Shown: piece after piece, positions 17,503-26,200 of the stretch
Layout of the letters: each line of letters begins with the position of its first letter
How positions within the stretch are numbered: the stretch's first letter is position 1
NCBI RefSeq assembly: GCF_003991155.1
Contig: NZ_CP031297.1
DNA length: 64,000 nt
Source of the DNA: Escherichia coli
Lineage (GTDB): Bacteria; Pseudomonadota; Gammaproteobacteria; Enterobacterales; Enterobacteriaceae
Reading direction: 5' to 3' (one strand)
Position numbers and translations under genes: made by a program
Notes under the pieces: model-generated
Told to the model about the DNA's origin: nothing
The model's input: only the letters and a program-made list of their open reading frames with translations
Databases searched by the model: none

Positions 17503-18164
17503 TGCGTAAGAGAGATTTCTTTTTTGGAGAGGTGTATGAGGGGAGTGGAGGAGCCACTCTACGACTGAGTGATATGGAACCATTGGCAAGAAAAGTGTCG
17601 GCAGAGTTCTTCACTGCACAACTGAACCGTATACTGAAAGAGCATGACGGTCAGTTGACGCTCAGCGATGGAACGTCGTACCCCAGCTTTTGGAGCTTCA
17701 TCGACAAGGTTGATCCAGAGCAGGTTGGTTTCGTGGAGATCTACGCTCGGCAGGATGTTAACGATAATGTTGAAGCGACACTGGCGTGTGACATCGTTTT
17801 GGTAAATGGTGTGATCACCGTTAAACCTCACTGGTGTGCTTACAAAGACATCAGGGCTGACGAAGTGATTTCCACCTTACTGGTGCCTTTGCATTTGAAG
17901 GCTCTCCAGGGTAAGGCTTACATTCGCTGGGATGATGGTGAAACCGAACCTCTGTTACAAAACGACGACTATCAGGCTGAACTTGAAAATGTGTTTAGTG
18001 TTTCCAAGTACCCATCAGCCATGAGCTGGGGCGATACAGCAGACCAGAAGGTTAAGCAGTACAAGATGGACCTTGAGTGCGCCACAGATGTTGGTCGTCG
18101 AGGTGTCTCATCAGAGCAAGCATGGGATGCTTATCGAGAACTCCGTTACAATAGAACAGTGTGA
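17502..18164 (+). CDS. Hypothetical protein of the transfer cluster
   Basis: TAATG overlap; AAAGGTGG SD. Confidence 0.8.
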   Translation: MRKRDFFFGEVYEGSGGATLRLSDMEPLARKVSAEFFTAQLNRILKEHDGQLTLSDGTSYPSFWSFIDKVDPEQVGFVEIYARQDVNDNVEATLACDIVLVNGVITVKPHWCAYKDIRADEVISTLLVPLHLKALQGKAYIRWDDGETEPLLQNDDYQAELENVFSVSKYPSAMSWGDTADQKVKQYKMDLECATDVGRRGVSSEQAWDAYRELRYNRTV

Positions 18165-18190
18165 AACAAGCGGCCATCGGCCGCTTTGAA

Positions 18191-18206
18191 CTTTCACATG
18201 TGAAAG
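18191..18206. promoter_or_regulatory. Palindrome CTTTCACATGTGAAAG (copy 2)
   Basis: Exact copy, intergenic. Confidence 0.5.
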
Positions 18207-18251
18207 TTTTTCGCCTCCCGCTCTTATCATCTCCTCGAATAAACCTCCATA

Positions 18252-18281
18252 AAGTGCCCAAAATGGGCCGTAACAGCACTG
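18252..18281 (+). promoter_or_regulatory. Motif B (GTGCCC-AAAAT-GGGC ... TAACAGCA), copy 2
   Basis: About 45 bp downstream of palindrome copy 2. Confidence 0.4.
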
Positions 18282-18344
18282 TTCCTAGATTGATCAATTA
18301 AGAGACGATTACTCCGTGATGACGACAAGTTATTTGGAGGGTCT

Positions 18345-18488
18345 ATGTCCGCACAAGCTCACGTCAGAGAAAGCGAAAGCTCATCTGGTTCATTCATCTC
18401 CTGGCAGTTCCTTGTCTGGCAGGTGATGTTCGTTATAGGTGTTGTTGCAGGGATGAACCTGGAACACGCATTCAATTTTCTAGGTTAA
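18345..18488 (+). CDS. Small hydrophobic protein (47 aa)
   Basis: ATG with GGAGGG SD; stop overlaps next start (TAATG); not in ORF track (below size cutoff). Confidence 0.35.
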   Translation: MSAQAHVRESESSSGSFISWQFLVWQVMFVIGVVAGMNLEHAFNFLG

Positions 18489-18865
18489 TGGGAGGAAGTG
18501 TGAACCTTAATAAACAATTTTTCTGGTTTTTGATGAACGCGGTGCTGATGTGCATCTTCATCGTTCCAGTGGCCGTCGCGTTTTGGCTGTCTGCTTTTGC
18601 GGCAGGTTTTGACTGGAGTCAGTGGGTTAAGTTGGCTGCTGATACGGCCAACAGAGCTGCAAGTGACCCGGCCAAGGCTCTGGGCACGGTTCAGACCTAC
18701 TGGGGCATTCTCAGCTTCTTCCTGCTGGCGGCGTACAGTCTGATGTTCAAGTTTAAAGCCAATGCTAACAAGGAAGTGAAAACTCTGGAGGTGGCCCGAC
18801 CAGCCAATGAAGTTAGCGTTGCGGCTTCGGAAAAACATTCGGAAGCGGTTCCTCAAAATCAATAA
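18488..18865 (+). CDS. Membrane protein of the transfer cluster
   Basis: ORF 125 aa with two hydrophobic segments. Confidence 0.75.
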   Translation: MGGSVNLNKQFFWFLMNAVLMCIFIVPVAVAFWLSAFAAGFDWSQWVKLAADTANRAASDPAKALGTVQTYWGILSFFLLAAYSLMFKFKANANKEVKTLEVARPANEVSVAASEKHSEAVPQNQ

Positions 18866-18882
18866 CCGATCCAGTAAACGCA

Positions 18883-18912
18883 AAAAAGGCGGCTTAGGCC
18901 GCCTTTTTTTAT
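18883..18912 (+). terminator. Intrinsic terminator (GGCGGC-ttag-GCCGCC + T-run)
   Basis: Perfect GC hairpin followed by TTTTTTT. Confidence 0.7.
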
Positions 18913-18920
18913 TTGTCGCT

Positions 18921-18952
18921 GGAAGTGCCCGAAAAGGGCGCGAAGCCGTGGC
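18921..18952 (+). promoter_or_regulatory. Motif B (GTGCCC-GAAAA-GGGC), copy 3
   Basis: 10 bp after terminator, 60 bp before next operon. Confidence 0.4.
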
Positions 18953-19009
18953 AGAAAATCAGTGACCCTGAATGAGAATACAGGCCACTAGGAAAAGAAG
19001 AGGGTTGCT

Positions 19010-19291
19010 ATGAAGCCTGTAAAGATACCGCGCCGGGTCGATGAGCCCCCGCATCTGCTGTTGTGGAGCGCAGATGAGTTGGCCCCGATGCTTTTGGGGC
19101 TAACGATAGGGGTCATCATCGGTAAGGCTCTGATCTGCTTTCTGGGGGGGTTACTTGTAACCAACCTTTATCGCCGATTCAGGGATAACCATCCGGATGG
19201 ATACCTGCTCCACATGATCTACTGGGCCGGGTTCATCATGACCAAGGCCAAATCTCTCAAGAACCCGTTTGTCCGGAGGTATTTGCCTTGA
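19010..19291 (+). CDS. Small membrane protein of the T4SS cluster
   Basis: AAGAGGG SD; hydrophobic core. Confidence 0.8.
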   Translation: MKPVKIPRRVDEPPHLLLWSADELAPMLLGLTIGVIIGKALICFLGGLLVTNLYRRFRDNHPDGYLLHMIYWAGFIMTKAKSLKNPFVRRYLP

Positions 19292-19914
19292 ACCTGAAAA
19301 AGTATCTCAAGACCTGGGAAGGGACCCAAACAGAAAATAAGTGGGGGCGAATCTTCCAGGGTGGTCTTATTGCTATCGTTTTCCTGCTGGTGGTCCAAGT
19401 ATTCAGCAAGGAAACCATCGTCACTATCCAGCCTTTCACGCTCACGGAAGAAGCCTGGGTGACGAAAAGTAACGCCTCTCAGTCCTATAAAGAGGCTTGG
19501 GGTTTCGCTTTTGCTCAGCTCCTTGGCAATGTGACGCCAGGAACCGTTGACTTTGTGAAAGAACGGATCACCCCGCTTCTCTCCCCGAGCATCTATCAGG
19601 ACGTGATTGATGCCATCGAAATTCAAGCTCAACAGATCAAGAACGACCGCGTAACCATGCGGTTTGAGCCGCGTTTTGTTGAGTACGAGCCCAAGAGCGA
19701 CAAGGTGTTTGTCTACGGATATTCCTACGTCAAAGGGGCTTCTTCTAACGAAGAGCGTAGCGAACGCTCCTACGAGTTCGCCATCAAGATTTCAAACTAC
19801 GCGCCCGTGCTGGACTACATCGACACCTATGTAGGAAAGCCACGCACCAAAACTGTTTTGGAGCAACTCCAGCGCAAAGAAGAAAACCGGAGAAAGCATG
19901 AAGAACAACGCTAA
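19288..19914 (+). CDS. Membrane-anchored T4SS protein (TTG start)
   Basis: TTG start with GGAGG SD overlapping preceding stop; single N-terminal TM. Confidence 0.7.
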   Translation: MNLKKYLKTWEGTQTENKWGRIFQGGLIAIVFLLVVQVFSKETIVTIQPFTLTEEAWVTKSNASQSYKEAWGFAFAQLLGNVTPGTVDFVKERITPLLSPSIYQDVIDAIEIQAQQIKNDRVTMRFEPRFVEYEPKSDKVFVYGYSYVKGASSNEERSERSYEFAIKISNYAPVLDYIDTYVGKPRTKTVLEQLQRKEENRRKHEEQR

Positions 19915-20815
19915 ACTTTCGCTCCTGGCGCTGTCCTTGGCGCTTGGAACTTCAATGGCCTATGCCTCGGATGACATTCCTGTTGTCCCGGCCAGTGTTA
20001 TGAAAAAGGATGTTCCTGCCCCTGTGACGTCAGGACAAAGCTCCCATGAGGTTGTGGGCAGCATGAATGAAAACCCCTTACTGACGATGAAGCCGGGGGT
20101 TAACCAGATCATCCCGATAGCCGTTGGTCATCCGAACCGAATCGTCACGCCTTTCAGCAATCCTGAGATCGTTTCAACATCTCTGACCGGGGCGACGGAT
20201 AACGGCCAGTGTGGTGAGGTCTGCATCAAAGAGAATGTGGTCTATGTCGCCACGGATAAGCAGTATCCGGTGACTATGTTCATTACTGAAAAAGGCTCGG
20301 AAGCCCAAGCTCTCAGCCTGACGATGGTTCCCCGTCGTATTCCGCCCAGAGAAGTCTTTCTCAAGCTCGATGGTGGTGTAGGTATCACTGGTGCTTTTGC
20401 CAATACCAAGGCTGAGACCTGGGAACAGAGCCAGCCTTATGTCGAAACCATCCGGTCGGTATTCCGCAAGATTGCTCTTGGTGAAGTCCCTCAAGGTTAC
20501 ACGTTGAACCGCATCCCTGCTGGTGCTGCGGTGCCGAGCTGCGCTCATCCTGGGGTAAAGGTGGATTTCAGCAAGGGGCAATACATGATGGGCCACCACC
20601 TTAACGTGTTCATCGGTGTCGCCCTGAACGTCTCTGATCAGCCTATTGAGTTCAAAGAGGCGTTGTGTGGGAGCTGGGATGTGGCTGCGGTGACTACGTG
20701 GCCGCTTAACGTGCTTGAGCCCGGCCAGAAGACGGAGATCTATGTGGCGAAGAAGCAGAAGCGTGGTCTCGCACCAACGTCTAAGCGTCCATCGCTGCTG
20801 GGAGGTGCCCAATGA
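19898..20815 (+). CDS. Secreted T4SS protein (signal peptide)
   Basis: Signal peptide MKNNAKLSLLALSLALGTSMAYA. Confidence 0.8.
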   Translation: MKNNAKLSLLALSLALGTSMAYASDDIPVVPASVMKKDVPAPVTSGQSSHEVVGSMNENPLLTMKPGVNQIIPIAVGHPNRIVTPFSNPEIVSTSLTGATDNGQCGEVCIKENVVYVATDKQYPVTMFITEKGSEAQALSLTMVPRRIPPREVFLKLDGGVGITGAFANTKAETWEQSQPYVETIRSVFRKIALGEVPQGYTLNRIPAGAAVPSCAHPGVKVDFSKGQYMMGHHLNVFIGVALNVSDQPIEFKEALCGSWDVAAVTTWPLNVLEPGQKTEIYVAKKQKRGLAPTSKRPSLLGGAQ

Positions 20816-22128
20816 TTAAGCGATTTTGGACACAGTTAGACCCCAACAAGAAGCGTTGGGTGTCTATCGCTGGCGGCGTCTTCGTTCTTTTTGCGGTCGT
20901 GACAATGTTCTCTGGTGAACCCAAGAAAGAAGAGAAGCGCGGTCGCCAAGAAACCATCAAGCACGTTCTCACAGACAAAAACACCCGTGAGATCGGGATA
21001 GATTCGTTGTCTGCCGATGTGAAGATGGTGTCTCGTGAAAACTCCGACCTGAAAAAGGAGCTGGAACGAGTCAAGAAAGAGCTGGAGGAAACCAAAACCA
21101 CTGCCGGGAAATCCAGTGATGTTGGCCGTGAGATGACCCGCCTTCGTCAAGATTTGGACCGCCTGACCCAGAAGAACATGGAATTGGCTAAGAAAGTCGA
21201 AACCGGCGCTGCTGGTGGAAAAACATCCTCTTCATCAGAGGATGCCAGAGCCGATGTTAATGGTGCATCTGGTGGTGATGGTCAGTTCATGGAGAAAAAG
21301 CTCGACTACAAAGATCCTGCATCCTTTTTTCGGGACGCACCGCTTCCTGACTCGAAGGGTGGGGCTCCTGCAACTGGCAAGGGAGACGGTCGTGATGCAA
21401 CTAAACCAGGCATCCAAATAGTGAGCTACTCGCAGAAAGCGCCAGAAGTTGAAGAGAAGGACAACAAGGATGATGAGTCTATCTACCTACCTTCTGGCTC
21501 CATCCTGACAGGGGTGCTCATCAACGGTATGGACGCACCAACATCTCAAGGTGCTCGTCGAGATCCGTTCCCTTCGACCCTCAGGATTCAGAAAGAGGCT
21601 ATTTTGCCTAACCGCTTCCGTGCGGATGTTCGTGAGTGCTTCCTGATTGTTTCAGGCTATGGAGATCTCAGTTCAGAGCGAGCGTACCTGCGTGGCGAGA
21701 CCTTCTCGTGCGTTCGGGATGATGGGGGTGTCATAGAAGCGAAGCTGGATTCCTATGCAGTGGGTGAAGACGGTAAGGCCGGTGTCCGTGGTCGCGTCGT
21801 ATCGAAGCAGGGGCAAATCATCGCCAAGAGCTTGATGGCAGGCTTCCTTGGTGGCGTTTCCGAAGCCTTTGACGTCAATCCTGTGCCGGTCGTTAGCACT
21901 AACCCTGGCTCAAATACCCAGTACCAGTCTGTGTTCTCCGACCAGATGTTGCAGGGAGCAGCAGTGAAGGGGGCCAGTAAGGCGCTAGATCGCATCGCTC
22001 AGTTCTATATCGACATGGCCGAAGGCATCTTCCCTGTTATCGAGGTCGATGCTGGCCGTCAGGTAGACATCATCGTGACCAAAGGAACCAAGCTACAAAT
22101 TCGTTCCACCGGGGGAACCAAGAAATGA
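20812..22128 (+). CDS. T4SS protein with N-terminal TM, coiled-coil and C-terminal domain (VirB10/TraB-like by architecture)
   Basis: ATGA overlap; GGGAGG SD; TM + coiled-coil + Gly-rich region. Confidence 0.8.
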   Translation: MIKRFWTQLDPNKKRWVSIAGGVFVLFAVVTMFSGEPKKEEKRGRQETIKHVLTDKNTREIGIDSLSADVKMVSRENSDLKKELERVKKELEETKTTAGKSSDVGREMTRLRQDLDRLTQKNMELAKKVETGAAGGKTSSSSEDARADVNGASGGDGQFMEKKLDYKDPASFFRDAPLPDSKGGAPATGKGDGRDATKPGIQIVSYSQKAPEVEEKDNKDDESIYLPSGSILTGVLINGMDAPTSQGARRDPFPSTLRIQKEAILPNRFRADVRECFLIVSGYGDLSSERAYLRGETFSCVRDDGGVIEAKLDSYAVGEDGKAGVRGRVVSKQGQIIAKSLMAGFLGGVSEAFDVNPVPVVSTNPGSNTQYQSVFSDQMLQGAAVKGASKALDRIAQFYIDMAEGIFPVIEVDAGRQVDIIVTKGTKLQIRSTGGTKK

Positions 22129-22703
22129 AAAATTTGAACATTTTGACCAGAAAGGGCAGTTCCAGAGGCGAGGCTCAAAAGGAACAGGCAGTAAGATCCG
22201 CAAAGATGTTGGGGGTGGGTGCAGCGCTACTTATTTTGTCGGGCTGTTCGACGTTCAACATCGGCAAGGATGAGTATAGCTGTCCGGGAATGCCGAATGG
22301 TGTTCAGTGTATGTCAGCGCGAGACGTTTACGCCGCAACCAATGACGGAAATGTCCCGCGTCCAATGAAACCAGAGGAAGTCGAGGCCAAAGCGGAAGCG
22401 GATGGCGAAGGTTCCTCAAACGTTTCAGCGAACTCATCTAGCTCCGGAGACCCGGTGATTGACAACTATGTCGCACCGCGTCTTCCGGATCGCCCGATTC
22501 CAATTCGTACACCAGCACAGGTTATGCGGATTTGGGTAGCTCCCTGGGAGGACACCAATGGTGATCTCATCGTGACAGGGTATGTCTATACCGAAATCGA
22601 ACCGCGCAGGTGGGTGATTGGGGATGGCACACCGCAAAGTGAGCCAGTTTTGAGACCGCTGCAAACGGTACAACACGAACCGAAGTCTGAAACAACCAAA
22701 TAG
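22125..22703 (+). CDS. T4SS lipoprotein (LILSGCS lipobox)
   Basis: ATGA overlap; lipobox. Confidence 0.8.
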   Translation: MKNLNILTRKGSSRGEAQKEQAVRSAKMLGVGAALLILSGCSTFNIGKDEYSCPGMPNGVQCMSARDVYAATNDGNVPRPMKPEEVEAKAEADGEGSSNVSANSSSSGDPVIDNYVAPRLPDRPIPIRTPAQVMRIWVAPWEDTNGDLIVTGYVYTEIEPRRWVIGDGTPQSEPVLRPLQTVQHEPKSETTK

Positions 22704-22715
22704 GAGATGTTCTTG

Positions 22716-23099
22716 ATGAACGCAAATCAGTTGGCGAATGCCTCAAGTAAAAACAACGCACTCTTCCTCTTCCTGGGGTTGATGGTGGTAGCCTTCCTGC
22801 TCGTGCCGGATCAGGCCCACGCTGGTACTGGTGGTACAGCGTTTGACGACGTATGGGTAACTCTCAAGGATTGGACCCAAGGTACTTTGGGTCGAATCGT
22901 TGCGGGTGCGATGATCCTGGTCGGTGTTGTTGGTGGTATCGCTCGCCAGAGCCTCATGGCTTTCGCTATGGGTATCGGTGGCGGTATGGGCCTGTACAAC
23001 TCCCCGACCGTAGTGGAATCCATCATGTCTGCTACTCTGGAACATGCAGAGAAGGTCATCCCGGCTGTTGTGCAACTCAGCAATGGCCTGGGGGTGTAA
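22716..23099 (+). CDS. Pilin-like protein (long signal peptide + two hydrophobic segments)
   Basis: ATG at 22716 (ORF 22707..23099); TrbC/VirB2-like topology. Confidence 0.7.
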   Translation: MNANQLANASSKNNALFLFLGLMVVAFLLVPDQAHAGTGGTAFDDVWVTLKDWTQGTLGRIVAGAMILVGVVGGIARQSLMAFAMGIGGGMGLYNSPTVVESIMSATLEHAEKVIPAVVQLSNGLGV

Positions 23100-23131
23100 A
23101 AGACACCTTGCCGTTAATCAACGGGTGATAG

Positions 23132-23160
23132 GGGCAGCCTAAAAGCTGCCCTTATTTTTT
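23132..23160 (+). terminator. Intrinsic terminator (GGGCAGC-ctaaaa-GCTGCCC + T-run)
   Basis: GC hairpin + TTATTTTTT. Confidence 0.7.
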
Positions 23161-23206
23161 GGCAAAAAGTCCAGTCATAACAAATTCCAACTATTTCCTT
23201 ATTTGC

Positions 23207-23236
23207 TCAAAAAGGGCACTTCCACAGCCCATGTTT
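23207..23236 (+). promoter_or_regulatory. Motif B variant (GCTC-AAAAA-GGGCAC ... CACAGCCC)
   Basis: Between terminator and giant gene. Confidence 0.3.
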
Positions 23237-23299
23237 ATGCACTCCCTCCCGTAACCTCCAGCATTGGGTTCTTGTAACTCAAAACGAATGGAGAATGCG

Positions 23300-26200
23300 A
23301 TGATCAATTTCAAGCCTAAAATTCCGGCGATGCTTGGGGCTCTGGCGGTTCTTACCGCTGGTGCTGCTCATGCAGAGCTGCTGGAATACACCTTTAAGGC
23401 TCCAGATGGTACGCAACGGTCTCTGACTCCGAATGCCAACTATGCCAACCCAACGGGCAATATCTCGTTTGCCTTGAGTGCCGGTATCGACCGAAAGGTA
23501 AAGATTTCGGTGCTTCGGTCGGATGGAACAGTGGTTTCGACAGCGACCAGCCACCTTCTTGGGGCTACTGATCGCATCACAGTGGGTGGAAAATCCTACT
23601 ATGGTGCGGAACTTCAACTACCAGCTCCAGTTGGTGGGGCATACACTATCAGGGCGGAAATTCTTGCCTCTGATGGTTCTACAGTACAGACGGATGAATA
23701 CCCTCTTACTGTCGATGTGACGCCGCCAACCTACTCTTCGCTTGCCCCGGTTTATAGTAACTATGGGCAGGTTACTAGCGGTGATGTTTGGAAACTGGGT
23801 CTAGGTGGCTCTGAGGATAATGCCTTTTTGCTGTCAGGAATCTCTGATGAGTCACCCATCAAAGGCGTCAAAGCAAAGCTGTATCGTCAAGACGGTTCAC
23901 TCTACAAAGATGTATCCGTGAACTACGATGACGCTAACGGACAAGCTAGACAGTCTTTCCAATCTGGCTTTTTCCCAGCCTCTGACTTGGATGAAGTGTT
24001 TACACTTCAGTTTGAGATAAGCGATAGCGCTGGAAATAGCTATCTTTCACCTCGTCAAAAAGTGATGTTTGATAGCATAACCAATGCTCCGTCTGCACCT
24101 TTTGGTGTTTATGACCCTTCAAGTACAAACAACTTAGGCCCTGGATTAACCGGATTTGTTGCTTACACTGAGGGCATGACAGTTAAAACTAACCCAATCA
24201 AGTTAGCTTGGCGTGTTCCGCGTGATAACTGGCATGAGTATAGAGAAGGTGGGATAAATATGACCAATGCCTTGGGAGAGATGTCCAAGGTAGGAGAAGA
24301 TGCCAGCTATGTTTATCTCGTCACAACCGCACCTTATGGCAATACCGACGGCAATTATTGGCGTTGGGTGAACTTCGGCCAGTGGGGGGGAGGCGGTATT
24401 GCTTATAACCTCACACTCTCTCCATCAGCGCCTAAAAGTCCCAGACTTTTGGGTGTGGACTACAATTACAGTGATATAGGATGGTCTAGTTTTTACCGCT
24501 ACTGGGTGAACAATTCTGTTCTTCCTGTCACTGTTAGTAGTATCCGTGTCAAAGTTGAACCAAGGCCTTACGTTCAAACTGCCGTTCACAGGGGAAGCTG
24601 TGAAATTCCTGTTGGTCAAGATAGCTGCGTGATTGCAAATAGCTTCACAATGGCTAAAGGCACAACAGGGTACGTCCACGATAATGCGACAGTTTTCAAT
24701 CCGGATAAATCTCTTCGCTCGAATCCTCTTTGGGCAGAGGTTAACTGGAACGATCAGCACTACCCTCAGCTAAGTCAGCAGTTCGATCAAAATAGCAAGG
24801 TATTTACCTTATTCGTTAACCAGCCAGGACGAGGCGCTTACTTTGATAGGCTGCGTCTGCGAAGTGCATGGATTGAAGATAGCAAAGGCAACAAGCTGTC
24901 TCCAACTGGTGGGTTAATAGCCAACAACTGGGAGAACTACACTTACCAGTGGGATCTTAAAACTCTCCCTGAGGGGCAATACAGTCTTGTTGCCGCAGCA
25001 GAGGAGATGCACGGGCCTTTAACGCGACAACCAATGTTCCAGATAACGTCTGATAGAACGCCACCAACCATGACACTCAGTGTGGCAGATGGAGCAGCTA
25101 TCCAGACTCTAGATGATGTTGTTATTACCTTGGCTGATGCTATCGACCCTTCACCTAAATTGACCTCTATTGCCCTTGTAGGGGGGCCTGCCAATGACAA
25201 GGTGCAGTTGTCTTGGCGTGAGGAGTCGAAAGGTCGATTCCGCCTTGAGTACCCGGTAATGTTCCCTTCTTTGAAGGAAGGGGAATCTTACACGCTGACT
25301 GTTTCCGGTGAGGATGCACAAGGCAATGCGGTTCAAAAGGCTGTTGGCTTCGAGTACAAACCTCGTCAGGTAATGCTGGCGGATGGGATGGATGGCAAGG
25401 TCATGGTCCCCGCTGTCACTCATGAATTTGTTCATGCAGATGGCAAACGGATCATCGAAACCAAGCCGCTGACGCTCAGTGATGGTGCTGTCGTGACAGG
25501 TTCATACGACGTGTTTGCGACCCTACGTTCTGATGCGAAAGTACCGCTGGTGGTTAATGGGGTGCGTATCGAGCCAGGCCAGACAATGGGGATCATGAGC
25601 CAACATGATTTCGGTGCGTCAGGTGGTCGTTTGAGCATTCCGGTTAAACCTGCTGTTCCTGATGTGGTCGGCTCTTCCAGCCTTCTTGTCATGACCTCCG
25701 CGCCGAACTCACCCATCTTGGTTGTGGACATCAATACCTGGAAAGGGACGGCTAAGCTCTCTGCTGAATCATGGACAATTCGCCAGGTCATTGACCCAGT
25801 GAAAATCTATGCCCTGCCAGAGTCGGGTGTGCCTTGCCGGTTCACCACGAAAGAGGATGTGGCTATGGCCGCAGACCCAATTCGTGACCCGGTGTGTTTG
25901 CTCCAGTGGGACAGAACTCCAGATGAGGCTGAACAAACTACGCAGGACAACAACGGGATGAAAGTTGCTGGGCTGGTGGGGCAGGCTGTGAGCATTGGTG
26001 AACAACCTGTCGAATACAGCCTGTACCTGTTCAGTGGTGACGGTTCCAAGGTAAAAGTTGGGTCTGGCTCTCAGAACCTGACGGTAACTACTGCCTATGG
26101 CTCTGTTGGCTACACCCCGATTGATGACATTGCTCAGGTGAATCGCGTCATTGAAGATTTTGATGTGAACTTCAAGCAGAGCAAGGGGCCAGACTGTTCT

